NCBI RefSeq assembly: GCF_006345805.1
Contig: NC_043012.1
Coordinates: forward strand, 56,296,001-56,360,000
Source: Octopus sinensis
Taxonomy: Eukaryota
Length of the DNA: 64,000 bases
Reading direction: 5' to 3'
Shown here: in pieces, positions 47,953 to 59,975 of the stretch
How positions within the stretch are numbered: position 1 is the first letter of the stretch
Layout: each line of letters starts with the position of its first letter
Position numbers and translations under genes: made by a program
Notes under the pieces: generated by a model
Databases searched by the model: none
Seen by the model: only the letters and a program-made list of their open reading frames with translations
Told to the model about the DNA's origin: nothing

Positions 47953-49013
47953 TTTTATCTTTTAGTTGTTTCAGTCATTGGCCTGCGTACATGCTGGAGC
48001 ACTGCCTTGAAGTGTTTAGTTGAATAAATCGACCCCAGGACTTATCTTTAAAATCTGGTTCTTATTCTATCAGGTTCTTTTTCGGAAGTCACTAAGTTAC
48101 GGGGACGTAAACAAACCTTCACCGATTATCAAACAGTGGTGGTGGGGACAAATACACACAAATTATACACACACACACACGACGGGGTTTCACACTGTAT
48201 CACATGCACTCACAAAGCACTGGTCGACCCATGGCTATAGCAGAAGATACTTGCCTAAGGTGCCTTGCAGTGGGACTGAACCTGAAACCATGTGATTGCG
48301 AAGCGAGATTCTTAACCACACAGCCATAAACCAAACAAAGTTCATTTTAATGGATTGAATTTCTAAATATCTGAGATGAATTCCCAGTGCACATAAAGGT
48401 ACAGAAAAAAAATGTATTGTTATTTGTATGAAAATCATTCTGTTTGTTCTCTTCTTGAGAAATGTCTTTAAATGTCTTTATTCTTCCTCTGTATTCGGCA
48501 GTACTCTGGCACACCATTATGCATATTAACCACGTTGAGTTATTGTCGATAAGATTACAATTAATTATATTAGTTGTTGTTAATAAGCTTATTAGTTTTC
48601 GGACTATTAACCTCATCTTTCGAGATGAGGTTAATAGACTGTGAAATAATAATCTCATTAACTTCAAGTTAGTTGCTTCTTGATGTTCTATCAACATTTA
48701 CCTTCATCAATAATTTCTTTTCTACCTGTGCCAATGAAGAAGCATCTATGTGGTTGCTCGATTTACTAGAAACAGCAACCAAACTTTTTTTTCCTTTTTT
48801 TTTAGTTTCAGCTCAGAGCTGCGGCCATGCTGATGCACCGCCGTTTATTTGACAGTGTTTCTTTCAGTTTCCGTCTACCAAATCCACTCACAAGGCTTTG
48901 GTCGGCCCGAGGCTATAGTAGAAGACACTTGCCCAAGATGCCACGCAGTGGGACTGAACCCGGAACCATGTGGTTGGTAAGCAAGCTACTTACCACACAG
49001 CCACTCCTGCGCC
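47953..49013 (-). mobile_element. Two SINE family A copies (47953-48327, 48800-49013)
   Basis: Reverse-complement heads (cttaaccacacagcc; ttaccacacagccactcctgcgcc). The second is internally deleted. Confidence 0.85.
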
Positions 49014-49795
49014 TTATTACTTCTACAATCTTTAAAAAGTGAAGGATACAGATAACGTGACCCTAAATACACTATATCAGAATAAAAAAGATGGGATGGT
49101 CATGGCTGAGATGTCTTTTGATCATATGTTTACTCGATCAGGGCTGTCTTGAGTTTTAACAACAGGTTCCTTTCTGTTCGTCTTATAATGCCATCAAGAT
49201 TATCTAGAATATTTTATCAGAATATTAAATTTATCCTGGTACTTGTACTCTAGTTGACCTCGGAAGGATGAAAAGCAGAGTTGACCACGGTGTGCTTAGA
49301 AATTAGAATGTAAAAAACCGAAGCCAAATACCGCGGTTATTTTGTCGAAAGATCGAAAGATTCTAACAAACCACTAGCTGAGCTACAAAAGAGGAATCAG
49401 AAGGGGTCCATAGGTAAAAAATGGTTGAGAACCACTGATCTACATAGTCGATCGCGACCGACCGAATGTACCAACCAAATTCTCTCCTCTAAAACCCGCT
49501 ATCGTCTTAGAAATGCCTCTTAGAATAGTATGTTCTCCAATAAAGATCAGATAGCAGTGGCTTGGAACTTTAACAGGATAGTTATTTGATCGATTTGCCA
49601 TCGTACTATGAGGGGTGCCTAATAACAACTTTCTTGCTAGAAAATAGTGATAAATATTTACTATTACATTCGTCACTTTGTTTTTTCTATGATTTTTGAT
49701 GTGCTTTGAACGAAACTGATCATCAAAGCCGTCAGAAATCACTTGTTCTTTACGCAAACCCTTCCCTGCAGATGGGACGAGTGGAATAATAAAAA

Positions 49796-50135
49796 TTTTA
49801 TTTTTTATTGGCCACTAAGGGCTACATATAGAGAGACAATACAGGACAGACAAGATGAGGTCGTAAGTAGGTACGGTAACAAAGAGAAAAGAACGAATGT
49901 ATTAACAAAGTGATCATGAAAAAAAAGTTTAAAATTAAAATGATACAACGAAATGAGAATAACAAAAGTGAATAACAATATATAATGTAGGCTGTGGAGA
50001 CCCCACAAGCCACGCTCTACAATGTTCTCACAAAGGAGACTTAGGGGTTTGTACTCAAGTTAGACACACCCATACGTAACAGGCACGCCACTTGCATTCA
50101 TCTAGTCACAAATATCAAATATGCGCGGCTGCAGC

Positions 50136-50206
<71 letters not shown>

Positions 50207-51790
50207 GCCTTAGTTTCCTTTTTATAAGGTAGATGTAATGTGCTCCTTCCAGACGTGACAATAGGTGTTAGACATAAACCCATAGATCCGAAATTAATGG
50301 ACACTGTACGATTGCGTGCAGAACGGTTTCATCGCTCTACTCGCATCTCGGGCATGTCCGTGTGACTTACTTTTGTGCCTGAAGAGTTTATCTCGAACAG
50401 GGAGTGCCCTTCGGTAGCACTGCCAGGTCAGGAATTTCTGGTAGTTATTCATGGGCCCCGGCCCGAAAATCCCCCGGAACAGACTAGCAAGTTGACCGTC
50501 ATCGAAGCCCAGGGTTTCCCCAGCACGTCATCGCACTTACCGGCCACTAATTCTCTATAGAAGGATGAGGTGGCACCCTCCTTGCTCACGTTTCCCGTTC
50601 GGCAGAGAAGCGTGAGAGCGTGACGATACTGCTTGACAAGCACCGAACCTAGGTCTGCGCTTGATCCATGAGTTCAGCTCGCTAAAAGCGGCGAACTGTG
50701 GGAAGATGAATTTGACGAAGGGAGACCACACCTGCTCACTGTCTAAGTAGAGCTGGTGGTACCTCGGCCATAGCGCAGGTCTACGCATTTTTAGCCAAGG
50801 CATGACCAGCCCTCCATTAAGCGGCAGTTGACAGCAGATAGAGCCTCTGACCAGTAGACCTCGTCCCTTCCACAGGAAGTGGAAGAATAAGCGCTCCAAC
50901 TTGACCAGACACAAATCCGGCACGGCACGACGATCAGGCAATAAATGATGACGGATGCGATTTACGCATTCGCCACCCACGCCCGCCCTTTCAGGGATAG
51001 CTTCCTCTCAGCCCATTTCTGGGTAAGATTGGTCACCCTACTTGTTACTTCTCTACCAGGAGGTCTGGCTCGAACCAGACCCCAAGCAATTTCACTGGGC
51101 CGTCCGTCCACCGTCTCACGACGTTGTTGGGCGGCATCGACCTGCCTCTCCAGGTACTGAGTTGCAGGCTGACCGACTTTTCACGGCTTATTTTTGCTAT
51201 CGTCATCACTTTGCACTCTCCTATGGCAGCACCTATAAGTTGTAGATATTTGTAACAGGATACGATGACGGTGATGTCGTCCACTACACTGATACTGTCC
51301 TCCTGCACCCTAGATCACGCGGGGTGCTTCTCAAAGCCTCCTTTTTTTCTGCAGTGATGGCTCATGGGCCAGAACGTACAAGAGGGAGGAGAGAGGACAA
51401 CTCAGATAGAAGACCGTTCGCTCGAACTATCGACTGAATGTTGCTGTATAAAGCTGTGATTCAACTGCAGAAGATTGGATCAAATCTGGCCGCCTCAAGA
51501 ACTACCGCCAAATACTAATAGTCCACGCCATAAAACACTTTTAGTTGATCTAAATGGATCAGTGCCCCTACCATACCAGGATTGTTTACCACCCTATCTA
51601 TGATGTAGTGCATGAGATGGAGATTCTCGTGGATCGTTCTGTTTGGGATGGCACAAGTTTGCAACTTCCCAACTATTTTACCGATGACAAGCGCCAACCT
51701 CTTAACACCTTGGCCAAAATCTTCAACTCTGCATTGAGCAGAGTGATGGGCCTAAAATTATCAATTACATCCCTCTTGTTTGGGTCTTCC
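49796..51790 (-). mobile_element. Tx1/L1-clade LINE, 5'-truncated ORF2 (RT, C-terminal zinc finger, 3'UTR), decayed
   Basis: NFRPITLLNAELKILAKVL, QTCAIPNRTIHENLHL...GALIHLDQ.K, DDITVIVS, KISREKSV...KLLGVWF, LFFHFLWKG...GGLVMP, and CPRCE*SDETVLHAIVQCP. Ends in an AT-rich tail. Confidence 0.9.
50138..50204. repeat. (CT)n microsatellite inside the LINE ORF2 C-terminus
   Basis: Perfect CT run flanked on both sides by LINE-derived sequence. Confidence 0.95.
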
Positions 51791-51822
51791 CTTAGCAGAA
51801 CCACTGGAAACTACACAATCCT

Positions 51823-52103
51823 TGTTGTAGTGAGAATGGTACACTCCTTCCCACGTGACAGTGGTGTGAACCAGTCACTATAAAGTCAGACAGTCAGTCG
51901 TTGTAGGAGATCAATAGTGGTAGAGTCATTGTACGAGTTCTCAGTTGGAGTCAGTGTCAGTTCCGCGATGTATACGAGTTCGAGTTACCGTCAACGTAGA
52001 CCTTACAAAGTTGTCTTGCGGAGCTATCAGCGATAGCATGATAGACTAGTCAGAGATAATAAGAGGCGAAATACCGCCACAACATAATAGTGGCGACAAG
52101 AAT
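51823..52103 (+). mobile_element. Isolated ~262-bp LTR with adjacent PBS-like sequence
   Basis: Termini TGTTGT...ACAACA (6-bp inverted repeat), internal CTATAAAG, then TGGCGACAAG 6 nt after the CA end. Confidence 0.55.
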
Positions 52104-52189
52104 ATTACAATATCGATGACAACATACAAGTGGACAAGGATCCACATTATAACAATACACATGTCCGAAATCTACCCACGTGTGTTGTG

Positions 52190-54085
52190 AGTTATTTTGT
52201 ATGTGAAAATTGGAAAAAAAACTGTTAAAAATTGTCAAAAAATTGAATCGCGCGAGGCGTTTGCCGCTACGTGTTTGAACCTTTTATAGAAGGTGTGTCG
52301 ACCCTCAAGTCATGGAGACTTACGCGGGGGTCGCCACAACAAAAAGTGACGAGTCTCTTAGAATAAAAGAAGTGTTCTTTAGAAAAGAACAATTGAAGGA
52401 ATACGAGAAGTTCGTCAAAAGGGAGGGTGACAGCGTGAAGCTGGTCCCGCCTGTGGAAACAATAGAAGAGAAAAATAACATGACGATAACGTATAGAACG
52501 CAAGATAGAAACACGAGAAAACTGGTGAGAGTGACGATTGAAGAAATAGAGAAATGTCTGGGGGACATCATGAAAAAGCGACTTTTGTAGACAGAGGAAA
52601 GAAATATGGTACGGTGGAGGTGAGATGCGCAACAAAGGAAGTGGCGGCCTCATTGGCTTCCACTGTCCTGAAAGCGGAAAATTTCACCATGTGGCCGACG
52701 TATAAAGGAAGACGAGGGGTACGGGTAAGAGTCCCAAAGGTGCCCCCAAATATTAAAACAGAAATGCTGGTAACAGCCATTATTGGGGCAGCAAAAGAGG
52801 AAGTAGAAATAGGGTCAATTAAGGAGACGAACGTTGTAAATTGGAAGGGATTCGGAGTAGAGTTGTGGCTGATGGCCACAATGGAAGACATCGAAAGATT
52901 TCCCTTCCAAATAGAAATAGAAAACGAGAAAACAATTAGTGTAATAGTGGAAGGCAGAAAACCGAATTGCTACCTGTGCGGTTCAAGAGGACACATAAAA
53001 AAGGAATGTCCGCTGTATGAATTCACAGCGGAGCAAAAAGAGACACAAAGTGGAGAGAAGGAAAACGAACACGAAGGAAAGAACAGCGAAAACAAGGAAA
53101 AGGAAATAACGGAGAAACAACAAGAGAAGGGAAGTAACAGCGCACTGAAGGAAAATGAAAACAAAGGGAAGAAGATAGTAGAAAAGGAGCAAAATTCACA
53201 GGGTGCAGAAGTAGTGGAGAAGGAGCCAAGGCAGAAGCAAGAGAAAGAAAAGGAAAGTACATTAAAGGAAAGAGAAAAAGCAGGAAAAGAACAAGAGAAG
53301 GAACAGAACCAAGAGAAAGGAAAAGATGGTATGCAAAAAGGAAAAGAAACAACAGGAAAGGAACTTACGGCACAGGGTAGAGAAACGGCAGACAAAGAGC
53401 CAAAAAGACAAGAGAAGGAAAAAGAAAGAAGAGAAAGCAAAAAGAGAGAAAGAGAGAAACCGAGGGAGGAGAAAAAAGAGGAAGTAAGTCCTAAGAGAAA
53501 AACTAGAGAAAACGTAAGTACGAATAGAAAATTCAAATACTATGGAACGTTGATCCATCACAGGCACTGTGAGGAGATGGAAGATTTAATAAGCGTAACA
53601 AACGGATATACGTGGGTCAGGATGGGCACCGAATGGAAAGAAACAGGTGCACTCGTCCACGAGAACGACGCCGAGGCGTTCATCGAGGCAGCTGGCAAGA
53701 ACGTGTCAAAACATATGAAATGCCGACTTACAAGGTGGCCTCGAACGATGGAAGTTTACTCAGATTTGGTAGACATAATGGAGTATATATAAAAGAAAAG
53801 GTATTGTGAAAACTTTAATTTGGAAATGATAAAAAGAACTTTAAATTCTGAAAAAAAAAAAGAAATGTTGAACTTTGTAAAACTTTTGAAATGTATGTTG
53901 AAAATGTATAAAATGTTTTATTTGGAAAATATTGTTGACGAATAAAAAACAAATGACGAAATGTAACCGCTCGATTTCGGGGATCGAGTGGGCATTACAC
54001 CACATTGTACAAACTTCATAATTCATTATTCATTTTCCCGATTGTATTGTCCCATCTATGTAGCCCCTAGTGGGTAATAATAAAA
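52190..54085 (+). mobile_element. ORF1-only non-LTR retroelement (HAL1-like)
   Basis: A single Tx1-type ORF1 followed by ~290 bp of non-coding sequence with a hairpin, then the tail tgtattgtcccatctatgtagcccctagtgggtaataa. No ORF2 follows. Confidence 0.65.
52312..53792 (+). CDS. Tx1/L1-type ORF1 (gag-like) protein, ~493 aa, one frameshift at the A5 run 52573-52577
   Basis: METYAGVA start, RRM-like region (VRVRVPKVPPNI), VIVEGRKPN-CYLCGSRGHIKKEC zinc knuckle, and a long E/K-rich segment. Adding one A gives GDIMKK-ATFVDRG and fuses ORFs 52312-52590 and 52554-53792. Confidence 0.8.
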
Positions 54086-56121
54086 CAACATTATAACAAT
54101 ACCATTGTTTTAAATTTGAATAATGGTGTTGTCCTAGATATACAAACCTGGGAAAGAAGATTGGATAGTCATAATTGGAATGCTTTTGATCAACAGGAGC
54201 TAGGATGAAACTAAACAATAACATCATCCACCGTTGGTGCGAATATCTGATGCCGTATTTCATTATTATCTCATTGTTATTCACTAGATCAAATAAAGTC
54301 ATTTAGAGCCCTCGTAGGAGTCTCTCTGCGAACCAGTACCTGAAAGATTATACTGGTCTATATCTGGCAACATATAGACCAACAGCTGGGTAAACTAAGG
54401 CAATGCAATATATAATATTAACTGTTCTATCTGGATACACAACGAAGCACATAGTAAACAGTGTAATCGCTTGCTCGGTAAATGTAGCATTCTGCAACGT
54501 TCATAAATTTGGATACGTTGCATATTGAGAGGAGATGACAATCTTAAATTTCGAACAATGCTGCTCTTAATCAAAATTAAATTGAAGCCTTTGCTAATAA
54601 TACATATTATTGACGAGAAAATCTCTCAACGACACAATTTCATTGAATAAATTAAGGGTAGCTGTTTCTTATTACATTTCTTAGAAACAATATCTCTTAT
54701 GGGTCAATGTTGGAGAATATGTGCAGACACACGACCTACTAGAAATAGCAGCTAAATTTCCTTCAACTAACGTACCCTGCTGTCTTTTCAGGTGGTAAGA
54801 GTTAATCCGTTGCTCGGTTTGGTATCACCACAGGGCATTTGGATACCTTTATCGAATTCTACTCTTTCTCGCAAACATTCACACCAAATCTCCGACCTAA
54901 AGATAACCCTGAAGGTGTTCTTCTTTTCAACAGTCTATAAAACCTTGCAAAAGAAAAGAGAATCATATTGCACGGGCTGTCATGAATGTAAAACAGTGAG
55001 TTGGAAACCTTCGATGTCAACTGAGATTATCCCCACAAATGGTAGACAAATACCCACTCTAGAAAAGTTTAAAATCTAAAAATAAACATGGGAGGTAACT
55101 GCAGTAAAATCAACTGACTGAAATTTTTGGAAAATATACACATTGCAGTTTGAGAGTGAATGCCTGAAAAAAAAATAGTTACAGTAAGGCTGGAGCGCTT
55201 TTTCATCATAGGTCATCAGGGCTGAGCAAAGACTAAACATCTCTAATTGAGTTAGTGTATGCTTATGTTCAAGATCTCCAATGATTAATCCTAAGATCAA
55301 CGCTTATCCCCAGATCTATAGTTGATAAGCGCATTCAAGATCAATAATCGTAGTGGACAGGATGCTAGACTATCTCTCGTAGCTTTCACATAAATATCGA
55401 ACCAGTATCCGACCTTACACATAGTACGCAGCAGAACGCCAACAAAAGATCTGAACACAAAACCCGATATCATATCCACTCGGCTGTTTCTGAACACAGC
55501 GAAAACAAATCTGACAAAGCATTATTTTTCTTTCTAAATCCCTGAAGCACTTTACATTTGAACAGTTATTGATCCAAAGATTCCGCGTTGTGATATCGTG
55601 TTTGTTCTCCTGTCTCAGACAGTCTAATCCCATTATTCTTCAAGATCTTAATCTTAGCCTGAATATATGATGGATGGATTCTAGTCTTGATTGTATCAGT
55701 ATCGGTGTGTTCCAGTTAGTATATCAACGAAACTATATATTCTCTTTGAACAGCTAATATGAAGTAGCCGAGTATTCCATAAACATACGTATCTTTATAG
55801 CAATCTTCAAGCAGATCTGGGTACCTCTATTCATGGATACAGTGCCTCTGACGGGCTGCTATAGTTTCAGTAAACCTAATATCTCTAGACAGAGTCAATC
55901 GCGGAAATGGCCGAGAACACTTGACATCTACTCCAGTAAATTATAAAAATAATAGTTAACTTGGCAACAGACACAAATTTGAAAGAGTAGAAAATAGCCA
56001 ATGTTGAGTCAATCTCAGTATAACTGATAACTATTTTATCTGCCTCAGAGGGAAGAAAGGCAAAGTTAGTATGGTGGAATTTGAACACAGATTATGAATA
56101 TTAAAATAGAAGTAATGAAAA

Positions 56122-56535
56122 GGCGGCGAGCTGGCAGACACGTTAGCACGCCGGGCGAAATGCGTAGCGGTAATTCGTCTGCGTTACGTTGTGAGTTCAA
56201 ATTCCGCCGAGGTCGACTTTGCCTTTCATCCTTTCGGGGTCGATAAATTAAGTACCAGTTACGCTCTGGGGTCGATGTAATCGACTTAATAACTATGTCT
56301 GTCCTTGTTTGTCCTCTCTGTGTTTAGCCCCTTGTGGGTAATAAAGAAATAGGTAATTCGTCTGTCGTTACGTTCCAAGTTCAAATTCCGCCGAGGTCGA
56401 CTTTGCCTTTCATCCTTTCGGGGTCGATAAATTAAGTACCAGTTACGCACTGGGGTCGATGTAATCGACTTAATACCTATGTCTGTCCTTGTTTGTCCCC
56501 TCTATGTTTAGCTCCTTGTAGGCAGTAAAGAAATA
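56122..56535 (+). mobile_element. Tandem dimer of young SINE family B (full copy plus 5'-truncated copy)
   Basis: ggcggcgagctggcagacacgttagcacgccgggcg head. The second unit starts at ~56351 directly after the first tail. Confidence 0.92.
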
Positions 56536-56642
56536 TATTCATCTATCACCCCTTTCTTTCTCATTCATATGACACTCTCTTTGCCATTTATCTCCTCTAC
56601 CTTCACCTCTCATTCTGGCTCTAGTGTATGTATGTATCTATG

Positions 56643-56674
<32 letters not shown>

Positions 56675-56682
56675 ATATATAT

Positions 56683-56735
56683 AAATGGCGGTGCCCCAGC
56701 ATGGCCACAGCTCGTGAGCTGAAACTAGATAAAAT
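56683..56735 (+). mobile_element. Isolated CR1-group LINE/SINE 3' tail
   Basis: aaatggcggtgccccagcatggccacagctcgtgagctgaaact, matching the 38721 LINE tail and the SINE A tail. Confidence 0.6.
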
Positions 56736-57236
56736 TTTTAAAAATAAATAATAAAAAAATACTGAAGATAAGTTGTTAAAGTAATATGTTCATTTATCAA
56801 TGAAATCTTGTTGCGTTTTTACCTCATATGTAACTAGTGTATTGCAATTATTCATACTCGTCCGCATTAAATGAATCGGTCAGCATTAAATGGCGCGCAA
56901 GTCTCTCCCTCCCCACCAAAAAATGACAAACAATAGAAAAGAAAACCAAATCGCTCAGTCCAATTTTAAACGTGTACTTTGAATTTGATGCATAAAAAAA
57001 GGTAAGAAAAATGGATCGTGTAAAGCTCTAAAAAGAAATCAGTACCCGACAAAAATGAGATGAAGTTTTACTATCACACCCATCTTACATTGAAGGTGAA
57101 ATGTAGTGTGGTGGGGGTCCTACAGTTTTTGATGTTTTGAACGAATATGATCATTAAAACCGCCGGAAATGACTCGTTCTTTAGGTAACTAGGAAAGACT
57201 TCCTCTCCAATTCTCTCCAATTTTTTTTTCCAAGAA

Positions 57237-57554
57237 CCCCATTTTCGGATACGGAGATTCCGGAAAATTGCCAAAAATCGGCAGTTTGAAATTTCGCCCC
57301 CGTCCCAATTTCATTTTTCACTTTTTTCCGTAGCCCTAACCCTAACCCTAAAACCCTAACTGTAACTGTAACTACCAAAATTTTTGGAAATTTTTTTTCA
57401 GAATCATAATCTCCGTATTTTTCCGCATATTTTGAAAAAAGAAATTTCTGAAAAAAAGTTAAAAATGAAGAAATTGAGGGGGAGGGGTAATTTCAAAATG
57501 CCGATTTTTGTCAATTTTTTTGCAGATTCGTATTCTCCGTAGCCGAAAATGGGG
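57237..57554. mobile_element. Fold-back element with ~65-bp inverted arms and a telomere-like core
   Basis: 57237-57300 pairs with 57484-57554 (ccccattttcgg.tacggaga...aaaaatcggca.tttgaaatt). Centre has ccctaaccctaaccctaaaaccctaac at 57334-57360. Confidence 0.7.
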
Positions 57555-57889
57555 ACTTGTGAAGAAGAAAATAAAATAAAATGAAAAAAGGTGGGGATAC
57601 AAAAGGAAGTCTTGCCGGTAATCACTTTCCCCAACACTTACTGAAATGCAAGGGTAACCCGAGGCTCTTCCTCGTCTTCTGACTCGCAATCTTAATCCTA
57701 GTGGGTAATAATAGATCAGTGGCGGTCTGAAAGCGGTAGCCAAAACTTAGCTGTCTAAATGAAAAAGTGGTGTTATGTTTTTACATCAATTTCGCCTTAA
57801 AAATGAGACGGATGTGAGAGCAAAGAATTACCAAAAATGAGGACAAGCTGTGGTATGGGGAGAGGAAGCATAATTCACCTACATCGCGG

Positions 57890-59975
57890 ATCCTCTCGTA
57901 ACATTTATACCCTTTCCAACTGGGATATAACCGTTAGATTCTGGCGAGAATCTAACGGCAAATTCTCTTAACTCACCCGGCTACTACATCCGTTTCGAGC
58001 GACAGTCCCAAAGCAAAAGAGGCCAAAGTTAGTCGTCCTTCCACTCACATGATCTCCACTGCTCCTCTCCTTCCGACAAGAGCCCCTCGGCCGTTCGTGT
58101 GACGTCACTGACCCTATACTTCCGGCGCACCTCAGCCCCACACGCCCATCTAATCTCAAAGATCACCTCATTAGGTGTCAAAAATAGCAGTCACTTGGGC
58201 AGACGTTTCACTCGCTGTGACCCAGGCAAAAACTCCACCTTCGTCGTCCGACAAATCGATGATCCTGCAGACATCTGAAACATGACGCGTTATTCCATCC
58301 ACAGATACGTTGTTGCGAGAATTAATAGCCGGTACTATTCCTTTTCCCCAATTTAGACGTGTAGCGTGTATTTGGGGGCTTAACCCAAAATTCATCCCCT
58401 ACCTGCAGGAAGACAAGCTCTCTCTCTCTCTTTCTCTTCCACAGATCGTTGTGTTACCGTATGCAGATGTCGCTATTCATAACTGAATATCGCTGTAACA
58501 CCGACTCATCAGCCTGTTCTAACCGGGACGACATATACCAAAATACTGCTTCAAGTGGTGAGATATGTCCCCTTTTCTCGGTAACCTCGTCACCCGTGTG
58601 GCACGATATGTAGTCGTTCAGCTCTTGAAAGTCCCGTACCAGCCTGACCTTGTTTTTCGTTGGCTGCACCAAAACCATTAGCGGTAACACTCTGCTCTTT
58701 ACTTCCTCCTTTAAATGATTAAAATACTCTCCTCAATTATCTCTCCATCTCCTCCTCGAACTCACTCCTAGTATCTCCTTGGGAGGTATGCTGATAACAA
58801 CTTACCCTATTCCTCAACATTGCGGCTCTCCTTTCCAACGCCATTCAACCGTTCGCCGCTGACCGTCAAACATAGTTTGAAAATCCTTATCTACGATGGT
58901 GTATGCGGCACATTTCTCTTCAGGGCTATCCCAACTCACCTGTTGCAGACTCACGGCGCATGGTTCCCCCGCACCACAAAATGTAACCCCATCTTCACTA
59001 ACTGAGATTTCCTAAGCGGTCGATCATAACCATACTCATTACCACATCTCCATACACATAGTCAATCACAATTGCTCGCAGCCTTATTTTTGCTCCACAC
59101 ACCACCATCTACATTTTACTGCTACCGCTAGATCTAATCGGATTGCTATCAACTGCCCTTACACTACTCATCCCATTCCACTCTTTAGCCACCTTTGGGT
59201 CACTAAGGTCGTTGAACAGCCCGTGTCCACGAGGGTTATTAACACCTTTTCCCTATCTAGAACCTCCAATATAGACAGCGAGTGTACGAGCGCCTCTACA
59301 TGCTTGCATGGGTAGCTAGCGAGAGCAATAGCTTCCCTTTGATCGTTTCCCTGGCTGCAGGTGCTGACGATATGTCCTGCCCGTTTGCATTGGTAGCAAA
59401 TTGGTTCGAGCTTCGGTTCCCTGCAGTCCCTTGCCATGTGCGGGCTCTGACACCTAAAACATTAGCCTTTAAACGGTCACGATTGCTCCACAGAGGCTCT
59501 TCTCTCCTCGGTATTCGTCGATTGTCGCGGCTGTCATTGCCACTGCATTCTACCAGGCGTCTCGCGTCGACACATGAGACTGGGCGGGGAGTCCGATCAT
59601 GGACATCATCTCGCTATCCGGCAACTGTTGCAGCCACACCAATAACTCGTCGGGGAAACCATTCACGAACGTCAGGCGCACAACCCTTTCCAGATTGTGT
59701 GGTCAACTTTTGAATTCCTGCCGCATACACATCCACATGCTCTCCCATCCATCTCGTCTTTCACAGTTAGGCAATCACAGTGTACTAACTTATTATGACC
59801 GCTTCCTTTAAGTGCTGTTTGATCTTCTCCGCGCCCAGTTGATCTGCTTCGTCTATTTTCAGGTACAACATGTTTCCCTCCAAATACAGAGAGACTTGTC
59901 ACATCCTCAGTTCCTTGCAACCTGACCACCACCTTGATCTTCCGAATCCAGGCGATATCATAGTTTGTCTGTTAT
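57890..59975 (-). mobile_element. Gypsy/Ty3 LTR retrotransposon, internally deleted and decayed
   Basis: Gag-like frames, zinc knuckle CYQCKRAGHIVSTC, protease LVDTGCS, RT start PTKNKVRLVRDFQELND, and integrase C-terminal WGKGIV.AINSRNNVSVDG..RHV. No LTR pair found. Confidence 0.85.

Noticed and set aside
52970-53567. Phe/Leu/Ser-rich minus-strand ORFs resembling membrane proteins
   Set aside because: They are the antisense shadow of the purine-rich E/K segment of the ORF1 protein.
49796-53792. Tx1 ORF2 (minus) and ORF1 (plus) as one twin-primed, 5'-inverted LINE
   Set aside because: Each part has its own 3' tail and an LTR lies between them, which fits two independent insertions better.
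57334-57376. CCCTAA repeats as a telomere or chromosome fusion site
   Set aside because: There are only about four units, and they are embedded in an inverted-repeat element.
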